Shown: positions 1 to 7,926 of the stretch, one piece after another
Numbering within the stretch: the stretch's first letter is position 1
Layout: each line of letters begins with the position of its first letter
Assembly: GCA_964441655.1 (NCBI GenBank)
Contig: CAYTVN010000001.1
Location: forward strand, 1-58,705
Direction of reading: 5' to 3'
DNA: 58,705 nucleotides
Origin: an uncultured Verrucomicrobiota bacterium
GTDB lineage: Bacteria; Verrucomicrobiota; Kiritimatiellia; CAIVKH01
Made by a program: the position numbers and the translations under genes
The notes under the pieces: model-generated
Told to the model about the DNA's origin: nothing
The model's database searches: none
Seen by the model: the letters and a program-made list of their open reading frames with translations, nothing else

Positions 1-1032
1 CCCCGCTCCCTTCAGAATGATGCCGCGCAGGGTGGCCACAAAATAGCGGGGGATGACCAGGAAGGTGAGCGCCTGGATGGGCAGCGGCATATTGTGAATG
101 GGGAATATAAGTCCGGACAGGATGACGGACGGTAACAGGGAAGACAGGATGGCGGCCTGAAACGCGACCTGCTGGGACCGGGTCACGGACGATATGAATA
201 CGCCTAATCCCAGGGCCGCAAACAGGAACAGCAGGGTGGCCCCGGCCAGCAGCACGAAGGAACCGCGCACCTGCACGCCGAACAGCACGTAGGCCAGGAC
301 CAGAATCAGGGTCATGCTGATGATGCCGATGGCGACATAGGGCAGGGTCTTGCCGAGGATCAACTCCTCGGGCCGGATGGGCGACACCTGTAGTTGCTCC
401 ATGGTCTCACGTTCCTTTTCGCGCACGATGGAAAGCGAAGTGGCGATGACCGCGGACAGCATCATGATCATGCCGATGAGGCCGGGCACCAGAAAGGTGG
501 CGCTTTTCAGTTCGGGATTGAACCACAGGCGCGGTTCGGGCGCCACGCGGGGCAGGGTGGCGTCGGGCCGCAGGCTGTGCTGGAGTTCTTCCCGCACCTG
601 CCGGGTGACCCGGTCGGCCACGGATTCCAGATAGCCGATGGCGGTGGAGGCCGTATTGGCGTTGGCCGCATCCACCAGCGCCTGCACCGCCACCTCGTCC
701 CCGCGGGCCAGCCCCGCTTCATAGCCGCGCGGGATGACCAGGGCTACCCGGGCGCGACCATGCTGCAACAGGGCGTCCGCCTCCCGCACCGAATCCATGC
801 GGGGACCGGGCGTGAAATACGGATTCCGGAACAGGCTGTCCAGCAACCGTCGACTGGCGGCGGTTTGATCAAGGTCTGCCACCGCGACCCGGATGTGTTT
901 GACGTCAAAGGACAGGGCGTAGCCGTAGAGCACGAGCAACATGACGGGCACGAAAATCAACAGGCCCAGCGAAAGCGGATCACGCCGGATTTGCCGGAAC
1001 TCCTTTTTGAAAATGGCCCAGAACCGCTTCAT
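1..1032 (-). CDS. ABC-2 type transporter permease (YbhS/YbhR-like), 3' end cut by window edge
   Basis: Own translation from ATG 1032-1030 gives MKRFWAIFKKEFRQIRRDPLSLGLLIFVPVMLLVLYGYALSFDV..., a typical ABC-2 permease N-terminus. ATGA start/stop overlap with the upstream ATPase gene. Absent from the ORF track because it runs off the window. Confidence 0.75.
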   Translation of the reverse strand, partial: MKRFWAIFKKEFRQIRRDPLSLGLLIFVPVMLLVLYGYALSFDVKHIRVAVADLDQTAASRRLLDSLFRNPYFTPGPRMDSVREADALLQHGRARVALVIPRGYEAGLARGDEVAVQALVDAANANTASTAIGYLESVADRVTRQVREELQHSLRPDATLPRVAPEPRLWFNPELKSATFLVPGLIGMIMMLSAVIATSLSIVREKERETMEQLQVSPIRPEELILGKTLPYVAIGIISMTLILVLAYVLFGVQVRGSFVLLAGATLLFLFAALGLGVFISSVTRSQQVAFQAAILSSLLPSVILSGLIFPIHNMPLPIQALTFLVIPRYFVATLRGIILKGAG

Positions 1033-1790
1033 ACCGGGGCGGGCTCCGACCGGGCCAGTTTAAGAAACACGTCCCACAGGGTGGCCGCGCCGGCCTTTTC
1101 TTTCAGCGCGGAGGGACGATCCAGCGCCACCAGTCGACCGTGGTTGATGAAGCCGATGCGCCCGCAGAACTCCGCCTCATCCATGAAGTGGGTGGTGACC
1201 AGGATGGTGACCCCGCGGGCCGACAGCCGGTGAATGAGATCCCAGAACATGCGGCGCGATAGCGGATCCACCCCGCTGGTCGGCTCATCCAGAAAAAGGA
1301 TCGGGGGCTCGTGCAGGATGGCGCAGCCCAGGGCCAGGCGTTGCTGATGGGCGCCGGAGAGGGTACCGGTCAGTCGGTCCTCCATCCCGTGCAAGCCTGC
1401 CATCTCCATGGCCGCGGCTTCCCGGCTGCGCAGCCGTTCACCCCGCAGACCGTATACGCCGCCGAAAAAGGAAATGTTCTCGCGCACGGTCAGGTCGCGG
1501 TACAGGCTGAATTTTTGCGACATGTAGCCGATGTTTTCCCGCACGCGCTCCGGCTCGCGGCCCACGTCGTAACCGCCGACCCGGGCCGTACCGCCGGTGG
1601 GAGTCAGCAGGCCGCACAGCATGCGAATGGTGGTGGATTTGCCCGCCCCGTTGGGGCCGAGGAACCCGAATATTTCGCCCCGCGGCACCGCGAAGGAAAG
1701 GTGATCCACCGCGGTAAAATCACCGAAGCGCTTGGACAAACTGTCCACTGCGATAACCGGTTCGCGGGCGCTGGATGTACCGGTATTCAT
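1029..1790 (-). CDS. ABC transporter ATP-binding protein (YbhF-like half)
   Basis: Walker A GPNGAGKST, signature-like LSGAHQQRL, Walker B ILFLDEPTSGVD. Start taken at MNTGTSS (ATG 1790), which forms an ATGA overlap with the stop of the upstream ATPase. The longer track ORF (to 1955) overlaps that gene. Confidence 0.9.
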   Translation of the reverse strand: MNTGTSSAREPVIAVDSLSKRFGDFTAVDHLSFAVPRGEIFGFLGPNGAGKSTTIRMLCGLLTPTGGTARVGGYDVGREPERVRENIGYMSQKFSLYRDLTVRENISFFGGVYGLRGERLRSREAAAMEMAGLHGMEDRLTGTLSGAHQQRLALGCAILHEPPILFLDEPTSGVDPLSRRMFWDLIHRLSARGVTILVTTHFMDEAEFCGRIGFINHGRLVALDRPSALKEKAGAATLWDVFLKLARSEPAPV

Positions 1791-2725
1791 GCGGGAGCCG
1801 GGGCCTCGTGAAGCAGGGCCACAAAAACATCTTCCAGCGTGGGCGCCGTGCGGGACGCGGTCCACACGCCCGCGCTCCGGCCCCGCACATGGTCGATCGC
1901 CGCCTGTAATTCGGGGGCGCCGGCCGGGGTCCAGAAGCGGAGCTGGTCTCCACACAACACCACCTGGGTGGCGGGCCAGCGTTCCCGCAACAGATGGTAT
2001 GCGCAGGCGGCGTCTCCGCCCTGAAGGACGTATACCTCGCCGGGGAGGAGGCGTTTGATTTCATCCGGGGTGCCTGCGGCCACGCTCCGCCCCCCGTGGA
2101 TGAGACTGATGCGATGGCAGCGCTCCGCCTCGTCGAGGTAGGGCGAGGTCATCACCACCGTGACGCCCCGCGCCAACACCTGATCGAGGATCATCCAGAA
2201 TTCGCCCCGTGATACGGGATCCACTCCGGTGGATGGCTCGTCGAGGAAGATCAGGTCCGGGGTGTGAATGAGGGTGCAGGCCAGCGCTAGTTTCTTCTTC
2301 ATGCCGCCGGACAGGGCCTGGGCCAGGCGGGTGCGGAACGGCTTCAGGCGGGTGAAGTCCAGCAACTCATCGCGGCGGACGTGATAGTGCCCCACGCCGT
2401 GTAGTTCGGCGAAGAACTCGATGTTTTCATCCACGCTCAGATCGCCGTAGAGGGTAAAATTCTGGGACAGGTATCCGATGCGGGCCTTCAACGCATCCGC
2501 TTCCGTGGCGAGATCACAACCCAGGACCCGGCCCTGGCCCCCGTGCGGCTTCAGCAAACCACACAACAGGCGGATGGTAGTGCTTTTGCCTGCGCCATCC
2601 GGGCCAACCAGGCCGTACAGCTCGCCGCGTCGCACGTCGAGATCCAGGGCCTGCACCGCGGCAAGGGTTCCGAATGAACGCGCCAGGCCGCGGGTGGAAA
2701 TTACGTTTTCCCCAGACGTGCTCAC
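1787..2725 (-). CDS. ABC transporter ATP-binding protein (YbhF-like half)
   Basis: GPDGAGKST Walker A, LSGGMKKKL signature, LIFLDEPSTGVD Walker B. GTG start at 2725, 4 nt after the HlyD-like stop. Confidence 0.9.
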   Translation of the reverse strand: MSTSGENVISTRGLARSFGTLAAVQALDLDVRRGELYGLVGPDGAGKSTTIRLLCGLLKPHGGQGRVLGCDLATEADALKARIGYLSQNFTLYGDLSVDENIEFFAELHGVGHYHVRRDELLDFTRLKPFRTRLAQALSGGMKKKLALACTLIHTPDLIFLDEPSTGVDPVSRGEFWMILDQVLARGVTVVMTSPYLDEAERCHRISLIHGGRSVAAGTPDEIKRLLPGEVYVLQGGDAACAYHLLRERWPATQVVLCGDQLRFWTPAGAPELQAAIDHVRGRSAGVWTASRTAPTLEDVFVALLHEAPAPA

Positions 2726-2728
2726 GCG

Positions 2729-3481
2729 CTACTCCAGATAGCCATCCGCCGGCAGGCCGGGTTTGAACACGCCATCCGGGTTGGGCAGGGTCACCTTGAC
2801 GCGATAGACGAGTTTGGCCCGCTCGTCCGGCGTCTGCGCATTGCGGGGGGTGAATTCGGCCTCCGGCGATACGAAGGTGATGGTGCCGCGGTAATCGGTG
2901 GGATCACCATCCAGCTTCACGCGCGCCGGCGCGCCCAGTTTGACGCGGGCCAGCCGGTCTTCCGGCAGGTAAAGCGAGAGCCATACTTCATCGAGGCGCG
3001 ACAGGGTGACCAGGGGCAATCCGGCATTCACAAACTCGCCCGCCTCCCGCACCTTCGTGGTGATGACCCCCGGGCAGGGTGCGACCACCGTGCCATCGGC
3101 CACCGCCTTCTCCAACTGGGCCAGCCGGGCCGTGGCCTGTAGCGCCGCCGCCTCCGCGTCATCGCGCTGCTGCACCGAGACGGTTTGGTTTTCATACAAG
3201 CGTTTAATACGATCGTATTCCAGCGTGGCACGCCGTGCGGCGGCGCGGGCTTCATCCCGGCGCAGGGCGTGGTCGGTGGTATCCAGCCGGGCCAGCACCT
3301 GGCCCTGGGTAACCGAGCCCCCCTCCTCCACCAGCAATTCGGTGATGCGACCTGCCACCAGCGGAGCCACCTCCACCTGCGTACACTCCACGGTTCCCGA
3401 TCCATCCGCCCGGGGTTTGCCCAGACGGCAACCGGAGCCCGCCAGGCAGAGGGCCAACGCGTACGGGGTAATCTTTTTCAT
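2729..3481 (-). CDS. HlyD-family periplasmic adaptor lipoprotein (YbhG-like)
   Basis: MKKITPYALALCLAGSGC lipobox. Coiled-coil segment (RRDEARAAARRATLEYDRIKRLYE) flanked by beta-barrel-type sequence. Sits upstream of the ABC ATPases and ABC-2 permease. Start chosen at the internal ATG 3481, downstream of the TetR stop. Confidence 0.8.
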   Translation of the reverse strand: MKKITPYALALCLAGSGCRLGKPRADGSGTVECTQVEVAPLVAGRITELLVEEGGSVTQGQVLARLDTTDHALRRDEARAAARRATLEYDRIKRLYENQTVSVQQRDDAEAAALQATARLAQLEKAVADGTVVAPCPGVITTKVREAGEFVNAGLPLVTLSRLDEVWLSLYLPEDRLARVKLGAPARVKLDGDPTDYRGTITFVSPEAEFTPRNAQTPDERAKLVYRVKVTLPNPDGVFKPGLPADGYLE

Positions 3482-3509
3482 GCTGTCATCTCCCATCAAC
3501 GCTTTACGT

Positions 3510-4274
3510 TTATCTCTTCCGTCCGCGGGCCAGAGATTCAAATCCGGCCACGCCGTATCCCACCAGGGCCTTCAATAGCGACTCGGCCTGCGCGCGCGTC
3601 CGCACCGGGGTCAGTTCGGGCAACGGCGGCTGGGTCAGCCAGCGCAGGATGTGAATCGTACACCCGGCATAAAACGCCATGCCCAGCGCCGCCTGCTCGC
3701 GGGACAGGTCGGGTCGGCTCTGCACAATGGCGGCCAGAAAACGCTGGGCGGTGGGCAGCAATTCCTCTTTGAAGCAGGTCTGGGCCACTTCATCCGCCTC
3801 CGCAAAAGCGCGACTCAACAGGCGATGCAGGCGTTGTCCCAAATCCGTATCGGCCAGCGCCTCCTCGACCATGGTGCGGGCAAACGCATCCAGCACCGCG
3901 GACAACGCCGGCTTGGGCGAGGCCGCCAGAACGGCATCCAAGGCGGCCAGCCTCTTCTTGTTCAGGGGGCGGATCTGTCGGGCCAGCGCTTCGACCAACA
4001 ACCGCTCCTTGGATCCGAAATGGTAGCAGACCGCGGCGAGATTCACCCCCGCCTTGGCGGACAAATCGCGCACCGAGGTGGCGTGGCAACCCTTCTCGGC
4101 AAACAGGGTTTCTGCGGCCGTCAGCAACCGTGCGCGCGTCGCTTCCGACCGGTGCGACAACACCTCCTTGGTCATCGTCGTCCGTCGCCCCTCCCCCCGC
4201 CGAAGCGCCCGCCCACGATTCCCCTTGTGATGATCCGTCGCCATTCCAACCGCCTCCCATGCCGCACGTCTCAT
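3510..4274 (-). CDS. TetR/AcrR-family transcriptional regulator
   Basis: HTH region RARLLTAAETLFAEKGCHATSVRDLSAKAGVNLAAVCYHFGSKERLL. The start is ambiguous (ATG at 4274, 4244 or 4175). Confidence 0.85.
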   Translation of the reverse strand: MRRAAWEAVGMATDHHKGNRGRALRRGEGRRTTMTKEVLSHRSEATRARLLTAAETLFAEKGCHATSVRDLSAKAGVNLAAVCYHFGSKERLLVEALARQIRPLNKKRLAALDAVLAASPKPALSAVLDAFARTMVEEALADTDLGQRLHRLLSRAFAEADEVAQTCFKEELLPTAQRFLAAIVQSRPDLSREQAALGMAFYAGCTIHILRWLTQPPLPELTPVRTRAQAESLLKALVGYGVAGFESLARGRKR

Positions 4275-4292
4275 ACATGCGTTTCATACGGT

Positions 4293-4304
4293 TGTATTAA
4301 TACA
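4293..4304. promoter_or_regulatory. Perfect 12-bp palindrome TGTATTAATACA upstream of the TetR gene (candidate operator)
   Basis: Seen directly in an AT-rich patch just upstream of all candidate TetR start codons. TetR regulators commonly autoregulate through palindromes. Confidence 0.35.
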
Positions 4305-4524
4305 CGAAAGGCAAGGCAAGTGTCTATTCGGTCGAATGACCCGGAGGGCGAACAGCCCCATGGGAGCGCACCGCCGCAGGAGGCCCACCGGGCCGGCCGG
4401 TTTTCTTCCCGCCTGCCGCGCCGATCCGCGCATGCGGCGCGACAACAGAGGTCAAGCATACCGAGGAGTCGCCGCGCCATGGCACGCAATCGGCCGGCCG
4501 GGCCGGGATCTCCGGCGGGACATG

Positions 4525-5523
4525 TTAAGGGCTACGAACCTCCTCCGATATTTTCAGGTCGGTAAACAAATTCTGTTCAGGGTCAAACTCCACATTGCGG
4601 TCGTTCGGGGTGGGATTGAGGTAGTAGGTGAAACGAATCTTGCCCCCCGAACCTGAGTCACTCTCCCCGTATTCTATCGGCCCATAGATTTTCCCGTAGC
4701 GAGCGCTGACGATGTTCCCCTCGTCGTCGAGGACCGTTCGGACGCGGAACATCAGATAGGATGCGTCATTCAGCCTATCGTCTGTCAGCAGTCGCTCCAT
4801 CGTTGACGCCAAGGAAAAGATGAATTGCGGGTGATATCCATCGGTATCGGCCTCATAGGCGGAGCGGAAGTCGCTCCACAGCTCTTTGTCAGCTCGATAC
4901 AACCCGTTCATCTCATTGCGGCAAGCAATGACCAACTGATTTGAGAAAGTCCACGCGTCTTGAACTATCGCAGAGAAAGTAATAAACAAATCGCCCACTT
5001 CTCCGCGCCCATATGGAGCCACCCAGTCGCCAGCTTCAACGTCGTAGCCAACAGGCCCACCCCGCAGCGGGATTATTGCGTCAACGCGCTTGGCGTACAT
5101 GGCGATGGGCCGGCGGCGCTCCTTAAGGACAACAGAAATCGTTGGGTTCCATGGCTGCCACCGGCCATCCTTGACGGGTGATTCTCTTTGGGATTGGTTA
5201 AAGACGTATGTGCCCTCGGTATTGTAGTATCCTTCCTTCTTTATTGAGTACCGCATGTCTTCCACGGGGATACCTGCGGCAATAAAACACCCATTTGAAT
5301 CGGTTTTACCCTCAGCCACTTGGCCGCGCTTGTGTGGATTGTAAAACCCGGCATTCACATCTGCCGTCCTCACCGGAAGCCCACTGCTGTCTAGTACGCG
5401 AAGCGTAATCTCGCCCTCTACGCCATACTGTCTCGCCCTTATAACCTCGGGTGACTCCGCCTTAATTATCTCGGCACCCACCGCATAAGATATAAGCACT
5501 GCGGCTAAAAGAGGTTTATTCAT
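4525..5523 (-). CDS. Secreted paralog A of unknown family (N-terminal carboxypeptidase-regulatory-like beta-sandwich + conserved C-terminal YYLNPTPNDRN motif)
   Basis: Signal peptide MNKPLLAAVLISYAVGA. Motifs ITLRVLDSSGLPV, WQPWNPT, YGKIYGPIEYG, RFTYYLNPTPNDRNVEFDPEQNLFTDL. Clear paralog of 5760-6839 and 6904-7926. Confidence 0.8.
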   Translation of the reverse strand: MNKPLLAAVLISYAVGAEIIKAESPEVIRARQYGVEGEITLRVLDSSGLPVRTADVNAGFYNPHKRGQVAEGKTDSNGCFIAAGIPVEDMRYSIKKEGYYNTEGTYVFNQSQRESPVKDGRWQPWNPTISVVLKERRRPIAMYAKRVDAIIPLRGGPVGYDVEAGDWVAPYGRGEVGDLFITFSAIVQDAWTFSNQLVIACRNEMNGLYRADKELWSDFRSAYEADTDGYHPQFIFSLASTMERLLTDDRLNDASYLMFRVRTVLDDEGNIVSARYGKIYGPIEYGESDSGSGGKIRFTYYLNPTPNDRNVEFDPEQNLFTDLKISEEVRSP

Positions 5524-5759
5524 CTGAGGTTTACTCGCAAAACGATTTGGCCGAACAGATCGTAGGTGTAGAAAAAGGCCATGTTTTTGATGTCACTGTG
5601 AAGCCAAGCCTCAAGCAGAGGGGCTGCCAGCGGCTCGGTCGGTCCAGATTTAAGCCCGCCATCCGTGCCCGGGGGTGACCGGGGATGCCTATGACGGACA
5701 TACCGCAGGGCCGAGTCAAATATCCTCGCCTCGGTCAGACGAGCAAAAAGGATGCCATC
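5520..5759 (-). pseudogene. Fossil 3' end of a hydrolase (lipase-like) gene between paralogs B and A
   Basis: Own translation gives 79 stop-free codons ending ...LKSGPTEPLAAPLLEAWLHSDIKNMAFFYTYDLFGQIVLRVNLR*. This aligns with the C-terminus of the 7926-10412 protein (LKTGWPRSNENWHHSDFKNVAFLYVHQFFGDMVAEGDL*). Its TGA overlaps the ATG of paralog A. There is no start codon or upstream body. Confidence 0.7.
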
Positions 5760-6839
5760 CTAAGGCATCCAGACCTCCTCCGAAGACTTCAAGTCGGTAA
5801 ACAAATTCCGCTCGGGATCAAACTCCACATTGCGGTCGTTAGGAGTGGGGTTGAGGTAGTAGGTGAAACGAACCCCTCCACGGCCTTCATCGAAATTTCC
5901 GATTCGTCCAAATTCAATTGGGCCGTAGATTTTTCCGTATCGGGCGCCGATAATCGTGCCCTGCTCGTCGAGCATCGTGCGCACACGCAAAACAAGATTC
6001 TCATCCGCACCAAACAGCTCCTTTTTTAGGAATGTATCCTTGGTCATTTCAAGAGCCAGATCCACGCGCGCTGTATAGCCTTCAGTCGGCGCTTCATATA
6101 CGGACCGGAAATCGCTCCACATGTCATTTTGCGCACGGATAAGCCCATCCATTCTGCCGACACACTCAATGCTAAGCTCGCAGGAACCCGTCCAGAAATC
6201 CCGGGCATTTGTTTTGTATGTGAAAGACAGGTCCGCCCGCTTCCCGGCACCATGCGGCTCCACCCAGTCTCCGACCTCCAGATCAAACCCGACGGGGGAC
6301 TCACTAACCGGTATAGCCTCATCAACACTCCGGGCGTACATCGGAATGGCTCGGCGTCGTTCCTTCAGCACAAGCGTTAACATTGGATTCCAAGGCTGCC
6401 AGCGGCCGCTCCTAACACTGTTTTCTTGCTGATGATACAACCAGTATTCTCCCGAGGATGGGTTTGCGATAGACCCCCTACTTGCATCTAGACCGCTCGG
6501 CCGATAAAACCAGTATTTGCCCGCCGTCGTGTAATAATCATCTTTGCTAACAGTGTAATTCATGCGGTCGATAGTCTTGCCCGCAGCCACAAACAAGCCG
6601 TTGCTGTCAGTCAATCCTTCCGAAACAACGGCATCCGCGGCCAAATCCGAACCCCAAAAAGCCACACTTATCAACGCCTTCTCAACCGGCTTGCCGACAG
6701 AATCAACAACGCGTAGCGTGACCTGTCCTTGAGCGCCTCGGTGTCGCGCCTTCTCGATCTCCAGAGGCCCCGACCACAGATTCACCGCACACAGCCAGCA
6801 CAAGAGAAACGCAAGAGCAAAGGGGGAAACCCGATTCAT
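5760..6839 (-). CDS. Secreted paralog B of unknown family
   Basis: Signal peptide MNRVSPFALAFLLCWLCAV. Motifs VTLRVVDSVGKPV, WQPWNPM, YGKIYGPIEFG, RFTYYLNPTPNDRNVEFDPERNLFTDL. ATG 6839 preferred over the TTG at 6854. Confidence 0.8.
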   Translation of the reverse strand: MNRVSPFALAFLLCWLCAVNLWSGPLEIEKARHRGAQGQVTLRVVDSVGKPVEKALISVAFWGSDLAADAVVSEGLTDSNGLFVAAGKTIDRMNYTVSKDDYYTTAGKYWFYRPSGLDASRGSIANPSSGEYWLYHQQENSVRSGRWQPWNPMLTLVLKERRRAIPMYARSVDEAIPVSESPVGFDLEVGDWVEPHGAGKRADLSFTYKTNARDFWTGSCELSIECVGRMDGLIRAQNDMWSDFRSVYEAPTEGYTARVDLALEMTKDTFLKKELFGADENLVLRVRTMLDEQGTIIGARYGKIYGPIEFGRIGNFDEGRGGVRFTYYLNPTPNDRNVEFDPERNLFTDLKSSEEVWMP

Positions 6840-6903
6840 TGCAAACCTCCCCAAGAAACGATTTGGCTGAACAGATCGTAAGTGTAGAAGCAGTCAGGCC
6901 AAG
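6836..6903 (-). pseudogene. Short fossil of the hydrolase gene 3' end between paralogs C and B
   Basis: Own translation gives AWPDCFYTYDLFSQIVSWGGLQ*, with the TGA overlapping the paralog B ATG. It is 31/33 nt identical to the 5520-5759 fossil over FYTYDLF(G/S)QIV. Confidence 0.6.
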
Positions 6904-7926
6904 CTATGGATCGCGGACTTCCTCCAGTGGGGGCAGATTCGTAAAAAGATTCCGGGACGGATCGAACTCCATGTTCCGATCATTCGGCGTCGGATTCAGG
7001 TAATATGCAAAACGAAGCACACCTTTGGAACTGTACGCAATGTCTCCATATATCTTTCCGTACAAGGCCGTGATGATATTGCCTGAGTTATCTTTCTTCG
7101 TTCGCACACGAAAGAAGTAGTTCTGATCTTCACGCCTTTCGTGATGACTCTCTGCTTCATGCTCATACGAGCTCTTGACTAGAGCATTGCTGTAGCCGCT
7201 TTCCGCCGCAAACCGCGGGGACCGGAACGCGCTACCTTCGCGTGGATGCGAGAAGAACTCTTGGATGCCGTCCCCATCGTTAGCAAACACCACCGAAAAT
7301 TTTGCGTCATACATTGGCCCTCGATCAATTTTTCTCTGCCCTAAATCAGTAGTGTTGAGCTTGAATAAGAGATCGACGATTTCACCCTTCCCGTAGGGTG
7401 AAACCCAGTCGCTTATCATGAGGTCGAATCCTACAGTCTTGCTGAATTCCGGGAGTTGAAGGCGTGGTCTACTGTTGACGAAACTATGGGCAAACATCGG
7501 AATGGGATTAACCACCTCTTTGAGCAGTATATCGACCGTCGGATTCCACGGTTGCCATTGGTCTGCAAGTTGATTGGTGAAGAGGAGTGACCCTCCTCTA
7601 TCCATGTAGTAGACGGTATCGCCGAGCTCCATCTTGTTCATCCTGTCGAATACTCCGCTGACTGAGTACCGCACGCTACCAGTTTTACTCGGCAACTTGA
7701 GAACCACTAGGCCGTTTGTGTCCGTGACGCCGGTTACCCGATCATACTCGTCGCGACCAAACTCGGCGCCGGGGACCCAGCGCAAAAATGTGGACACGGT
7801 GACCGGGGCTCCGGCCACAACATTTCCGAAGTCATCTATCACCCTAAACGTCACCTGGGCATCCGGATCGCCCGCATGCGTCGCAACCGCCAACATCAAC
7901 AGAAGCGTTGAAAACCTCTTCTTCAT
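6904..7926 (-). CDS. Secreted paralog C of unknown family
   Basis: Signal peptide MKKRFSTLLLMLAVATHA. Motifs VTFRVIDDFGNVV, WQPWNPT, YGKIYGDIAY, RFAYYLNPTPNDRNMEFDPSRNLFTNL. Its ATG overlaps by 1 nt the TAA of the upstream hydrolase gene (TAATG). Confidence 0.8.
   Translation of the reverse strand: MKKRFSTLLLMLAVATHAGDPDAQVTFRVIDDFGNVVAGAPVTVSTFLRWVPGAEFGRDEYDRVTGVTDTNGLVVLKLPSKTGSVRYSVSGVFDRMNKMELGDTVYYMDRGGSLLFTNQLADQWQPWNPTVDILLKEVVNPIPMFAHSFVNSRPRLQLPEFSKTVGFDLMISDWVSPYGKGEIVDLLFKLNTTDLGQRKIDRGPMYDAKFSVVFANDGDGIQEFFSHPREGSAFRSPRFAAESGYSNALVKSSYEHEAESHHERREDQNYFFRVRTKKDNSGNIITALYGKIYGDIAYSSKGVLRFAYYLNPTPNDRNMEFDPSRNLFTNLPPLEEVRDP

Noticed and set aside
4275-4524. Mobile-element boundary (IS, integrase or tRNA) at the edges of the lower-GC islands (also 57647-58261)
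   Set aside because: No transposase or integrase ORF, tRNA gene or convincing terminal inverted repeats could be found by reading. Only composition and the gene-disruption evidence are reported.
5531-5719. 62-aa ORF in the spacer between paralogs B and A
   Set aside because: It is out of frame with the hydrolase-fossil reading frame, which shows real homology. It has no RBS and no motif, so the spacer is better explained as a pseudogene remnant.
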